Source: Candidatus Udaeobacter sp.
GTDB taxonomy: Bacteria > Verrucomicrobiota > Verrucomicrobiia > Chthoniobacterales > UBA10450
NCBI GenBank assembly: GCA_036270025.1
Contig: DATBDI010000456.1
Span: 1-40,574, forward strand
Reading direction: 5' to 3'
Length of the DNA stretch: 40,574 nucleotides
The position numbers were made by a program, and so were the translations under genes. Below the pieces are notes generated by a model. The model ran no database searches. It saw only the letters and a program-made list of their open reading frames with translations, and was not told the DNA's origin. The stretch's first letter is position 1; the number at the start of each line of letters is the position of its first letter. This document shows positions 1-8,259 of this stretch, piece after piece.

Positions 1-534
1 CGCCCCCGCCAGCTCGGCTGCACGTGCGTCGGTATGAATGCGAACACCGCTGAAGTCATAGCCGAAACGCGACTCCATAAACTGTCGCGTTGAGGAGTCT
101 AGTGGCCGGCCGACACTCTGGGTCTGCAAGAACATGGGAGGTGTTTGCAGATTTCGGCGACCGGAGTCTGCGCCTGTCCGTTGTAGCTGCGGTTCCGGCG
201 TTCGCATCACTTGTTCTGCAACCCGGTCCGCCTCTTGTTCGTATGTGTCCCCCGGGCTGTTCACCTGAAGATTGGTCTGAAGGGTCGCTGGTGCGCCTGC
301 ATGGACCGTTATCCGACTGAAGTCGTGGGCGAAGCGGGGCGATGCACTGGCAGTGCCCTTGGATTCGAGTTCGTGTTCGTGACTCGGTGGCGGTCGGTCC
401 CTCGCTTGGTTAGCAATCGAGCGCTGTAACGGATTCCAATGGGGGCGGGGGCCAGAGAGTCTGGGACGGCCCATCACCAGAGGCGAAGGATTTGCCGCCA
501 GAGTTGATTTCGGTTTTTGGGCGAAGGTGCGCAA
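1..534 (-). CDS. DUF4157-type (zincin-like) protein, N-terminal 178 codons only; the gene runs off the left edge. Putative eCIS cargo/toxin
   Basis: Hand translation of the minus strand from TTG at 532-534 gives MRTFAQKPKSTLAANPSPLVMGRPRLSGP...EQEADRVAEQVMRTPEPQ...QSVGRPLDSSTRQFMESRFGYDFSGVRIHTDARAAELAGA, open to base 1. It is missing from the ORF track because there is no stop in the window. Paralog of 943..3306. Confidence 0.8.
   Translation of the reverse strand, partial: MRTFAQKPKSTLAANPSPLVMGRPRLSGPRPHWNPLQRSIANQARDRPPPSHEHELESKGTASASPRFAHDFSRITVHAGAPATLQTNLQVNSPGDTYEQEADRVAEQVMRTPEPQLQRTGADSGRRNLQTPPMFLQTQSVGRPLDSSTRQFMESRFGYDFSGVRIHTDARAAELAGA
189..534 (-). repeat. Direct repeat copy A (346 bp) covering the 5' end of a DUF4157 gene; partner at 2961..3306
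   Basis: Ungapped alignment by eye with 2961..3306. I count 3 mismatches in the last 110 bp. Similarity stops exactly at the TTG start codon. Confidence 0.85.
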
Positions 535-565
535 TGGTCGATCTCCTCGGGTTCGCTGTTTGACT

Positions 566-910
566 TCAAAACATGCCTGTCATGTTCTTCGGCGGTAACA
601 CGGGTTGGAATTCCGTTAGGTCACCATCGTCTTCCAGCCCAAGAAGTAGGCTTTTTCTTACGGACCGAAGGACGTTTGCCGGATTCCCTTTCAATATGAA
701 TCCCATGCCCGCAAATCCCGCGAGCAACCAGATGGACGCAAGTCTGCGGTAATCGGTTTCGAGGTTGTTAAGATGGCGTTCGGCGCTCTCAAGCTCCTTC
801 AGAATGTCCCACGACAATTCGGTATCCAATATGGGGTTGCGCTCGTGATTCTCGACAAGCTCTTGGTCCGGCGGAAGGCTCATAGAATTAAAACATACGG
901 CCAAAAACAC
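566..910 (-). CDS. Hypothetical small protein with one predicted hydrophobic helix (LASIWLLAGFAGMGFIL), between two DUF4157 genes; start uncertain (GTG 910 or ATG 883)
   Basis: Track ORF co-oriented with the operon in an otherwise empty gap. A/T-richer than the core genes. No family recognised and no clear RBS. Confidence 0.35.
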   Translation of the reverse strand: MFLAVCFNSMSLPPDQELVENHERNPILDTELSWDILKELESAERHLNNLETDYRRLASIWLLAGFAGMGFILKGNPANVLRSVRKSLLLGLEDDGDLTEFQPVLPPKNMTGMF

Positions 911-942
911 CGCCTTTTTATATCAGGCAAAGATGTAATGAA

Positions 943-3306
943 CTATTTGGTTGGCGGGCTTGCGGCCGGTTCGTTGAGACCCAGTGTTTTGCGAATAATC
1001 GTTTGTTGATCGGCGGGCAGGGCCTTAAATTCGTCACTAGCCACAAGTGCTTCTTTCTTTTTCGTGAGGGCTTCAACGTCAGCCTTCTTAGTAGCTTTGG
1101 TAATGGCGAGTTGGGCGGCTTGCAAGGCGATCAATGGCCGCTTCCCCATCTGCGCTTCATAGCTGTAACCCGTTTCCATTTCCGCCAGCTTCTTCTTGTC
1201 ACCCAACCCCTTCATCGTCTTTAGAATGTCCGCCATAGGCATACCGCTGACCAAGTGCAGGTAATGGTAGTTGGCATCGCCACTCAGCGAAGCATCCACG
1301 GCTTTGCCATTCGGATCAGTCAACGTCGGTAAACTAGGATAAACGTAATAGCCGGGCTTGCCTTTGGCGGCAATGAACATTTTGTCTGCCAGTTGGGTGT
1401 TTTTCTCGTCGTCGAGTTGGGCGGATGAATAGGGTTGAGGAATGGGGCTGACGGCCGAGATGGCATCCCATGCCACCCCACTGCCCCAATTTTTGAAGTT
1501 CGGGTCTATCGTATCCGCGTTAGAGACAACATAGGCTCCATTCCTAGTCTTCTTCCCGGCTTTCGTTGCCCATGCCATCAAAATATCTTTGGCGCTGGTC
1601 TTGCCATCGAACACCTTGCTCAACCAACCTGTAGCCGGCCACCAATGGGAGATGTGTGCCACCAGCGCAATCAGTTTGTCATCCCATGCATGGGCATATT
1701 TGGGCACTTTGCCGGCCCCACTTTCCATCTTCGTCCATTGCGCATCCACCACTTTCTGGCTGGTTCTATCATTTTCCGCAATGGCAATGAAGACGCCTAG
1801 AAGTCTGGCATCGGATTGAATGAGTCCCAGCGCGTTTAACCCTTTTTCGATGGCTCCGGTTTGCGTATTAACCACCTCAAATCCGCCGTCGTAATAGATG
1901 CCATAGGGTTGGAAAGCAGTCACAATTTCTTGGTCTTTGAAAAGTTGGGTCATAATCTCAGGCAGTTGACCGCCATGTTGACCAAAGCCACGTCCCCAAG
2001 TGAGCATCATTGAGTCATAAGCATTAATCGCCGAAGAGCCACCTTCATGTTTCAGTTCGTTCCAAACCACTTTTTTGATCTGGTCCTCTCGGCTATCGCC
2101 AGCTTTGCTGACGGCCGTTGGATCTTTGGGGCTTATTCCAGCATAAGAGTAGCCATAACGCGACTGCTCGTCTTTAGGCCCCTTATATTTAGAGAGTTTC
2201 AACATTGTCGAATCTACATCCGCCCGGTTCTTCTTAATCGCATCCACAATCTTCTTTTGCTCTCCGGTCAGCGTTCCCTTAAAACCTAGTCCCTGATTCT
2301 TAATCGTGGGGGCCGTCTTCGTTTCGCTGAGGGTGACCTGGAGACCTTCCGTAGCCTTCCGCTCAGCGACCGGCAAAGCGGTGCGCCAAGATGACAAATC
2401 GACATCCCCCTCTTTGCGTTGGATAGCACGGCCTTGCCTACGCGTAATCTGGCTTTGCACGGAACCGCGGCCGTGCAAATCGCCCATCCGCGCTGCATTG
2501 AAACCACAGTTAAGCTCCGCGTCAGGTTCGGATTGGCGGACGCCGTTTCCATCGCCTATTTCGGGAGACTGAATTTTAGGTTCGACCGGGCCACCCTGCT
2601 GGATCGTATGAGTCAGTTCGTGCGCTAGAAGTTGCTTACCTGCGCTCGTCTCCGGCGCGTAGCGCCCCTTCTGAAACACCATGTCTTGCCCTAGTGTGTA
2701 GGCAAGCGCATTTAGTTGACGCGCCGTCTCTGCGGCGTGCGCATCGGTATGCACGCGCACATTACTGAAGTCGTGCCCGAAGCGCGGCTCCATGAAAGCG
2801 CGAGTGACTGGATCGAGCGGTTGGCCAGAGGAGCGCAGTACTTCGTGAACAATGGGCGCCGCCACGTCCCTAGAGCAATTTGCCTCGACACGTTTTGTCT
2901 GCAAGGGCGCGCGACTAGCTTGCGCATCCTTGCACCCGGGGCATGCATCGCGGCTTAACTGCGGTTCAGGCATTCGCATCACTTGTTCCCCAGCCCGGTC
3001 CGCCTCTTGTTCGTATGTGTCCCCCGGGGTGTTCACCTGAAGCTTGGTCTGAAGGATCGCAGGTGCGCCAGCATAGACCGACATCCGGCTGAAGTCGTGG
3101 GCGAAGCGGGGCGATGCACTGGCAGTGGCCTCGGATTCGAGTTCGTGTCCGTGACTGGGTGGCGGTCGCTCCCTCGCTTGGTTAGCAATCGAGCGCCGTA
3201 ACGGATTCCAATGGCGGCCGGGGCCAGAGAGTCTGGGACGGCCCATCACCAGAGGCGAAGGATTTGCCGCCAGAGTTGATTTCGGTTTTTGGGCGAAGGT
3301 GCGCAA
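943..3306 (-). CDS. DUF4157-domain protein (787 aa) with a large uncharacterised Lys-rich C-terminal domain; putative eCIS cargo/toxin
   Basis: Motifs RFAHDFSRMSVY, YEQEADRAGEQVMRM, IVHEVLRSSGQPLDPVTRAFMEPRFGHDFSNVRVHTD and LLAHELTHTIQQ (HExxH). TTG start conserved with the paralog at 534. Confidence 0.85.
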   Translation of the reverse strand: MRTFAQKPKSTLAANPSPLVMGRPRLSGPGRHWNPLRRSIANQARERPPPSHGHELESEATASASPRFAHDFSRMSVYAGAPAILQTKLQVNTPGDTYEQEADRAGEQVMRMPEPQLSRDACPGCKDAQASRAPLQTKRVEANCSRDVAAPIVHEVLRSSGQPLDPVTRAFMEPRFGHDFSNVRVHTDAHAAETARQLNALAYTLGQDMVFQKGRYAPETSAGKQLLAHELTHTIQQGGPVEPKIQSPEIGDGNGVRQSEPDAELNCGFNAARMGDLHGRGSVQSQITRRQGRAIQRKEGDVDLSSWRTALPVAERKATEGLQVTLSETKTAPTIKNQGLGFKGTLTGEQKKIVDAIKKNRADVDSTMLKLSKYKGPKDEQSRYGYSYAGISPKDPTAVSKAGDSREDQIKKVVWNELKHEGGSSAINAYDSMMLTWGRGFGQHGGQLPEIMTQLFKDQEIVTAFQPYGIYYDGGFEVVNTQTGAIEKGLNALGLIQSDARLLGVFIAIAENDRTSQKVVDAQWTKMESGAGKVPKYAHAWDDKLIALVAHISHWWPATGWLSKVFDGKTSAKDILMAWATKAGKKTRNGAYVVSNADTIDPNFKNWGSGVAWDAISAVSPIPQPYSSAQLDDEKNTQLADKMFIAAKGKPGYYVYPSLPTLTDPNGKAVDASLSGDANYHYLHLVSGMPMADILKTMKGLGDKKKLAEMETGYSYEAQMGKRPLIALQAAQLAITKATKKADVEALTKKKEALVASDEFKALPADQQTIIRKTLGLNEPAASPPTK
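2961..3306 (-). repeat. Direct repeat copy B (346 bp); partner at 189..534
   Basis: See copy A. Covers codons 1-115 of the 787-aa gene. Confidence 0.85.
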
Positions 3307-3322
3307 CGTGTTTGGGGTCGCG

Positions 3323-4420
3323 TCACGAATACATCACCGACGTTTTGCCCGACTGACCCGGGTAGTACAGACGAATTCGTACGACGTAAGTGCGATTCTT
3401 GAAGAGCTTGTAACCAATGGTTGCATTCCAATCTTCACCGCTATCGTCGTCGCCGACGAGGAATCGCAACTCACCGTTGATATCTTCGAACAATACAAGC
3501 AGCGTATCCGACGCACCCTTCGTCTCGATCTTGTACTTCCGCGACTGCGTGGGCTTGATCGCGAAATCGACTTGCTGGCCGGCAGCGAGGTCGACGACCA
3601 TAGCCTGGAATGGTTGGAGCGTCGGCAGCGTGGCTTGCAACGGCGGGTACCACTTGAGGGCCCATTCCTTGTCAGGACTCGAGAGCGTTCCCGGTGGGAA
3701 GATGCCGTTAATATCGTATTGTTCGGGCTCATCGATGAGGCCTGGCTCGAACTCATATTCCATGATGGAATCGGGATCCCAAGTCGAACCCTGAACCTGC
3801 TGCGACGTCAGCTTCTGCAAGATGTTGTGAAAGGTCGTATCGTGGTCCCAACTGTTGGGAGGTCTACCGAGCGCGTCGTACACCGCCTGTTCGTGCCACT
3901 TGATTCCCGCGAAGGGATTCTGGTGCTCGTGCTCCATGCCGAGCACGTGTCCGAGTTCATGGAGTGCGGTACCACGACCGTAGGAGGTGGTAAGGTTCCA
4001 GCCGTACACAGTCGTCGGCTCATTCAAGGGGACATCGAGTACTTCGCGGCCGACCGCCGAAGCGGAGCTGCCATCGGCCGTCGAGTAGCCTACCCGGACT
4101 TCAGCTTCGCTGAGTTCATTGACCTCTTGAAACACAAGGCCGATCCCGATCTGCTTCCATTTGGCGAACGCATCACGGACCGCATCCGCCTGAACCTTTG
4201 GAACCGAGAAGCGAGAACTCGCTCCAAAAAAGCAATAGTGCAGCACGGTTCCGTTCACCCATTTCGAGCGCGTGGACAGAATAGCCGCCGCTCGACGCGG
4301 GTCAGCCATCACTGTAGGTGAGAGTTGGGGAACGGGTCGCGGCAGATTCCGGCACAGGGGCTTGGCGATCTGCTTCGATGGTTTGGCTTTGGCGGACTGA
4401 GTGCGATGACGGCGCGGCAT
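3323..4420 (-). CDS. Astacin-like (M12A-type metzincin) zinc metalloprotease with a C-terminal pre-peptidase (PPC)-like beta domain and no signal peptide
   Basis: HELGHVLGMEHEH (HExxHxxGxxHE) plus Met-turn DSIMEY. AAAILSTRSKWVNGTVLHY resembles the astacin mature N-terminus. The C-terminus KYKIETKGASDTLLVLFEDINGELRFLVGDDDSGEDWNATIGYKL..YVVRIRLYY is PPC-like. AAGGAG RBS lies 5 nt upstream of the ATG. Confidence 0.8.
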   Translation of the reverse strand: MPRRHRTQSAKAKPSKQIAKPLCRNLPRPVPQLSPTVMADPRRAAAILSTRSKWVNGTVLHYCFFGASSRFSVPKVQADAVRDAFAKWKQIGIGLVFQEVNELSEAEVRVGYSTADGSSASAVGREVLDVPLNEPTTVYGWNLTTSYGRGTALHELGHVLGMEHEHQNPFAGIKWHEQAVYDALGRPPNSWDHDTTFHNILQKLTSQQVQGSTWDPDSIMEYEFEPGLIDEPEQYDINGIFPPGTLSSPDKEWALKWYPPLQATLPTLQPFQAMVVDLAAGQQVDFAIKPTQSRKYKIETKGASDTLLVLFEDINGELRFLVGDDDSGEDWNATIGYKLFKNRTYVVRIRLYYPGQSGKTSVMYS

Positions 4421-4611
4421 ATGAACTCCTTTGCTGGTTGAGGGTCTTTACGTTTTTGATTTTATGTCAAGGAAACTGGTTGGCTTCTAAGTGGAAATTG
4501 CTTCGTTGATCATGATTTTATGAGCTTGGTCGCCGTCATATTCCGTTTCCTGAAGGATAGGCGGGCGTCGTTGGACCAACGTCAGACCATTATACATGGA
4601 AGAAGAAGGGT

Positions 4612-6048
4612 TCATGAAGCAAACGGGCTGAATTTGCGCCGGCAATCGCCCGCGGACGTTAGGGTTTCACCGTCCACGGTGACAATCCAGAGGGGCGCAT
4701 AGTGATGTTGCACGCCGTGCGGCGCGATGGCGTCAGGGAGGCCCACCTCTCCCGGCCACTCGACATCGCCCGTAGCCGTGCGGGCTGGAATCAGCCAGTA
4801 ATCCCTCGTCCGGTATATTCCGCCGTTGGTTGGCTGAAACTGAATTTGCACGCCATCCTCCAACGAGATCCAATCGTCCTGTGTATTGAACTCCACAACC
4901 TTGGTCGCACCGTCCGTGCCGTCCCAGCGCCGCAAGAAAGGATGCTTATCCACGTTGTCTCCCACGGTCGAAGCGCGTGTTCCTCCCAATGTTACCGCTC
5001 CTTCATCCAAATCGACTGAGGTTACTCTTAGTAGTTGCTCGGCACGACCTTGAAGAGCGTAGTCATCATCCACAATTTCAACCCAGTTCCCCTCAGCCAA
5101 ACCAAATCGAGCGTCGCGGCCCAAGCTTTCCAGACTAACCGTGGTAGTGTGCGCGGTGTTGTCCGATGAAATATTAAGGATGCGAAAAATGACCGAAGCG
5201 TTCTCCCGCGACCAGACGAACGTCGCCACGTTCTCTTCACCACCATCGTAAATCTCTACGCGATACAACTGGTTTTCCGTTCCGCGATATCCAACTGTGG
5301 GAGAAACGATGCATGGGTTCTCTTCTGCTGCTTCCGGCATTTTTGCCCTCGCCCTTAATCGCCCCGCTCCCAGCCCAACTGTCCCACCGAGTAACCCTAG
5401 AAATGCGGCATAGTCCTTCTTATAGTCAGGCAGAGGCTCAACCTCAGGAACGGACACCGCTCTAATTTGCCCGACCACTTGCGCGCGCGTCGCCGTGTCC
5501 GGGCCATTTAACGCCACCTCGCGGATGCTGGGATTGGCGCGGTTTTTGTCTTCATCTTCAACGTAAGTTACATGGCGTTCCCAAACGTCGAGATAGAGCA
5601 AGTAAGACGCGCCGTCGTCGAAGGTCAAATCACCGGGAACAGGATATCCCGGCTGCGCATTGTAGGCGATGTAATCATCATTCTCGCACAAGATACCATG
5701 AACGTAATAGTGTCCTCTGCCAATGAGCAGGGCCGGCTTTGCACCGCCCAGTAACTCTTTTAGCTTTTCCTTCGTCTCCGCGTCGGTAGGCAAAGCGTCA
5801 ATGCGCGCCGGGTCGGTGATGATTTCAAATCCGCAATTTACCTCTAACGATTGACCGGCGGGACTGAGGACATCCGCAGGCCCGCCATGCGGACCAATCA
5901 AGTCCGCGCCCAGGCTTCGCAAGTAGTGAAGCAGAATCGCGGTCTGCTCGTTCCAATCGGCATCCAGTTGGACGCGCCCTTGTTGCATCAGAACACGGCT
6001 AAAGTGTTTGAGTGGATTGAATGTGTCGCGGGTGAAGTCGGCTTTCAT
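4612..6048 (-). CDS. Conserved eCIS-associated protein resembling the DUF6519 family; possible fibre/receptor-binding component
   Basis: N-terminus MKADFTRDTFNPLKHFSRVLMQQGRVQLDADWNEQ matches my recollection of DUF6519 openings. AGGAG RBS. Lies directly after the baseplate genes. Confidence 0.6.
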   Translation of the reverse strand: MKADFTRDTFNPLKHFSRVLMQQGRVQLDADWNEQTAILLHYLRSLGADLIGPHGGPADVLSPAGQSLEVNCGFEIITDPARIDALPTDAETKEKLKELLGGAKPALLIGRGHYYVHGILCENDDYIAYNAQPGYPVPGDLTFDDGASYLLYLDVWERHVTYVEDEDKNRANPSIREVALNGPDTATRAQVVGQIRAVSVPEVEPLPDYKKDYAAFLGLLGGTVGLGAGRLRARAKMPEAAEENPCIVSPTVGYRGTENQLYRVEIYDGGEENVATFVWSRENASVIFRILNISSDNTAHTTTVSLESLGRDARFGLAEGNWVEIVDDDYALQGRAEQLLRVTSVDLDEGAVTLGGTRASTVGDNVDKHPFLRRWDGTDGATKVVEFNTQDDWISLEDGVQIQFQPTNGGIYRTRDYWLIPARTATGDVEWPGEVGLPDAIAPHGVQHHYAPLWIVTVDGETLTSAGDCRRKFSPFAS

Positions 6049-6057
6049 TGTTAGCTC

Positions 6058-8259
6058 CTAGGTTGCATAGATAATGCCGGCATCCATGCCGGCAGGTGTG
6101 TAATCGTCGAGGCGGGCGCGCAGGTTGGCCGCGCGTTGCGGTTGATAAAGATCGTGAAACACACCCATTTCCGATTCGTCCTCCGCGCCGCGAGTGATCT
6201 CTTGGGCGCAAGCGGCTGATAACTGGCAGTAAACTGGCTTGCCGTAGCGAAAGGCATTGAACTCGGGCTCAACGCGCAGTTGCGCAGCTTCTCGTTGGCT
6301 GTCTCGTTCCGCCGCCGAAATCTTGTGTTGCGCAAATAGATCGGTAATGACTCTTTCCACCAGGTCGGGCTGGCACTCATAGCGGCGCGGAGTGCGCGAG
6401 CCGGGTGGGACATAACAAAATCGCACGCAGCCCGCCTGCCGATGGGCGACGCCGATATGCCCTTTGAATATGGAGTTCTCGGCCAGGGCTATTTCGTGCG
6501 CGAGGACTATACCAAACACCGTGCTGCGCGCGATCGTTAGTCTTACGTAAGCCATCTCGCCTTGTATTCCACTTAGGGCGTTATGATCCTCACTCGTCGC
6601 ATCCAGGATGCTGTCGCTGATGGTAATGCGGATCGGATCTGTCCTTCCTCGATCGGCCATTACTTGGATTGGTCCCAGGATGCTATGCTCGATCTTGATC
6701 TGGGCGCGTGTGCCAGACAATCTAAGACTTGGCTTGCCGCTATGTTGAGGTTCGCAATCGCAGTCCAGGTCCCAGCCGGGTACGAGTGTGCAATGGCGGA
6801 TGGTTACGTCGCACAAATCACCGCGCTCGTGTAGCTCAGGATGCGCCTTGTCTGCCTTGTAGCCGGAAACCTGGATGCCGCGGCCGGCGATGAGCAACCC
6901 ATCGAGCGTGAAACGGCTGCCACGCCCACCCCGAACGTTAAGAGCATCGGGGAGGGCGAGTCTGGTGTTCGAGATGTTAATGACAGGCCGCTTGCGATTG
7001 GCGGCGCGGAGCTGAAGCGCCTCGTATTCGCGCAAAGTAATATCGAGCCGTTCTTCGTATAGCCCACTATCGTTGATTTCTATAACAGCCTGCCGTGGCC
7101 CCGGTCCGGTTGTGCCATCTTCATCCTGCCGCCATTGCGCCAGGGCGTCATTGATCGTCTTATAAGTCTCCTGTTCCCCAACCCGGTAAAGATCGTAGTT
7201 AGCCGGCTGCGAGAGCGGTCGATTGTACTCGCCGCCGCCAATGTCAGCACTAAAAGCATAGCGGTAAGATACCCAAACAACTTCTTCCGGTGAATGGTCT
7301 GGCGGAAAGACGATCCGTCCCAGCACAGGGTCCACCGCAACCCCGTTCTGCGACCGGTATGTCCAATCGCTTAAGTCCGCCGGGATCACGCGGCTTGCCA
7401 GCACCGCTTGACGCGGCGAGCCAATCGAGATATACAAGCTCTTAGCCTCTCCGTAGTAATCAGTCTTGTGCTTCTCAAAGTGCCGCAATCTGATCGGCGT
7501 AGGTAAGTTTAATTCTCCGGCAATGTGGGTTGGCTCCGCCTCAGCCTGGGGACGGTTATAGAGCTGGGTATCATTGCCGAGCACGCTAAAGGTGTAGCAA
7601 CCCTGACGCTCATCCACACAATAGGCCGGGGTCTGGGTCACGGAATAGGTTTTCAGTCGCCAAACGAAAAGCGCCGCGCTCGGAATGTTATACCGGCCTC
7701 CGGTGCGCAGCGAGTTGGCCCGGCGCACGTCCGCTGTGTGTGCAGCTTCATCGAATGGCCCGTTCAGCAAATCCAAAGCGCCACCGTGCCGCAGGTCAAC
7801 CGTGCGTCCCCGGTTTGGTTGCGGGTAATCGAGCTGCTGAGTCCATCCAAGTTGCTTGTAAAATTCACCGGCACGCACCGGCCAACCTGCCACTTCCCTG
7901 GCTAACTCTTCTAACAATGATAGCGTCCCTTTCCGGCGGCGATTGCCAATCGTATTTGCTACTTCGCTTCGTGGAATGAGAATCTTGTTCCTCTGCCGGC
8001 CCGGCGCCGTGCCCGTGTCACCGGGCTCGCCGGCTTCATGGACGGCCTGGTAACCAATCAGATCGCCGATGTAAGGCACAACCCAGTCTTCACATGTCTC
8101 GATAAACCAGTTTTCGTAGAGCTGGTCGATGTTTCCTTCAACTATCTCAACCTGTTCCGAGATTAGCTGGAGTAACGCGCGCAGCGGATAGCCCTGGTCG
8201 GCGTCGCGCTGCCGGTAAACCACTGGCAATAGCTCATACAAACGATCCCGGTCAATCAT
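6058..8259 (-). CDS. Phage tail protein, P2 gpI-like / TIGR02242-like baseplate wedge (Afp12-like) with a beta-helix-like C-terminal half
   Basis: N-terminus LYELLPVVYRQRDADQGYPLRALLQLISEQVEIVEGNIDQLYENWFIETCEDWVVPYIGDLIGY. The C-terminus has periodic RHCTLVPGW / IEHSILGPI / ISDSILDAT / IARSTVFGI / AENSIFKGH repeats. 4-nt overlap with the upstream gene. Confidence 0.8.
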   Translation of the reverse strand: MIDRDRLYELLPVVYRQRDADQGYPLRALLQLISEQVEIVEGNIDQLYENWFIETCEDWVVPYIGDLIGYQAVHEAGEPGDTGTAPGRQRNKILIPRSEVANTIGNRRRKGTLSLLEELAREVAGWPVRAGEFYKQLGWTQQLDYPQPNRGRTVDLRHGGALDLLNGPFDEAAHTADVRRANSLRTGGRYNIPSAALFVWRLKTYSVTQTPAYCVDERQGCYTFSVLGNDTQLYNRPQAEAEPTHIAGELNLPTPIRLRHFEKHKTDYYGEAKSLYISIGSPRQAVLASRVIPADLSDWTYRSQNGVAVDPVLGRIVFPPDHSPEEVVWVSYRYAFSADIGGGEYNRPLSQPANYDLYRVGEQETYKTINDALAQWRQDEDGTTGPGPRQAVIEINDSGLYEERLDITLREYEALQLRAANRKRPVINISNTRLALPDALNVRGGRGSRFTLDGLLIAGRGIQVSGYKADKAHPELHERGDLCDVTIRHCTLVPGWDLDCDCEPQHSGKPSLRLSGTRAQIKIEHSILGPIQVMADRGRTDPIRITISDSILDATSEDHNALSGIQGEMAYVRLTIARSTVFGIVLAHEIALAENSIFKGHIGVAHRQAGCVRFCYVPPGSRTPRRYECQPDLVERVITDLFAQHKISAAERDSQREAAQLRVEPEFNAFRYGKPVYCQLSAACAQEITRGAEDESEMGVFHDLYQPQRAANLRARLDDYTPAGMDAGIIYAT

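Noticed and set aside
3299-4321. 340-aa plus-strand ORF
   Set aside because: It is antisense to the astacin-like protease gene, which has HExxHxxGxxHE and a Met-turn. There is no RBS and no recognisable domain.
4465-4594. TTGACA and TATAAT hexamers upstream of the protease gene as one sigma-70 promoter
   Set aside because: The two hexamers are about 120 bp apart, and neither has a properly spaced partner. They are kept only as a note that the spacer is A/T-rich and may hold an internal promoter.
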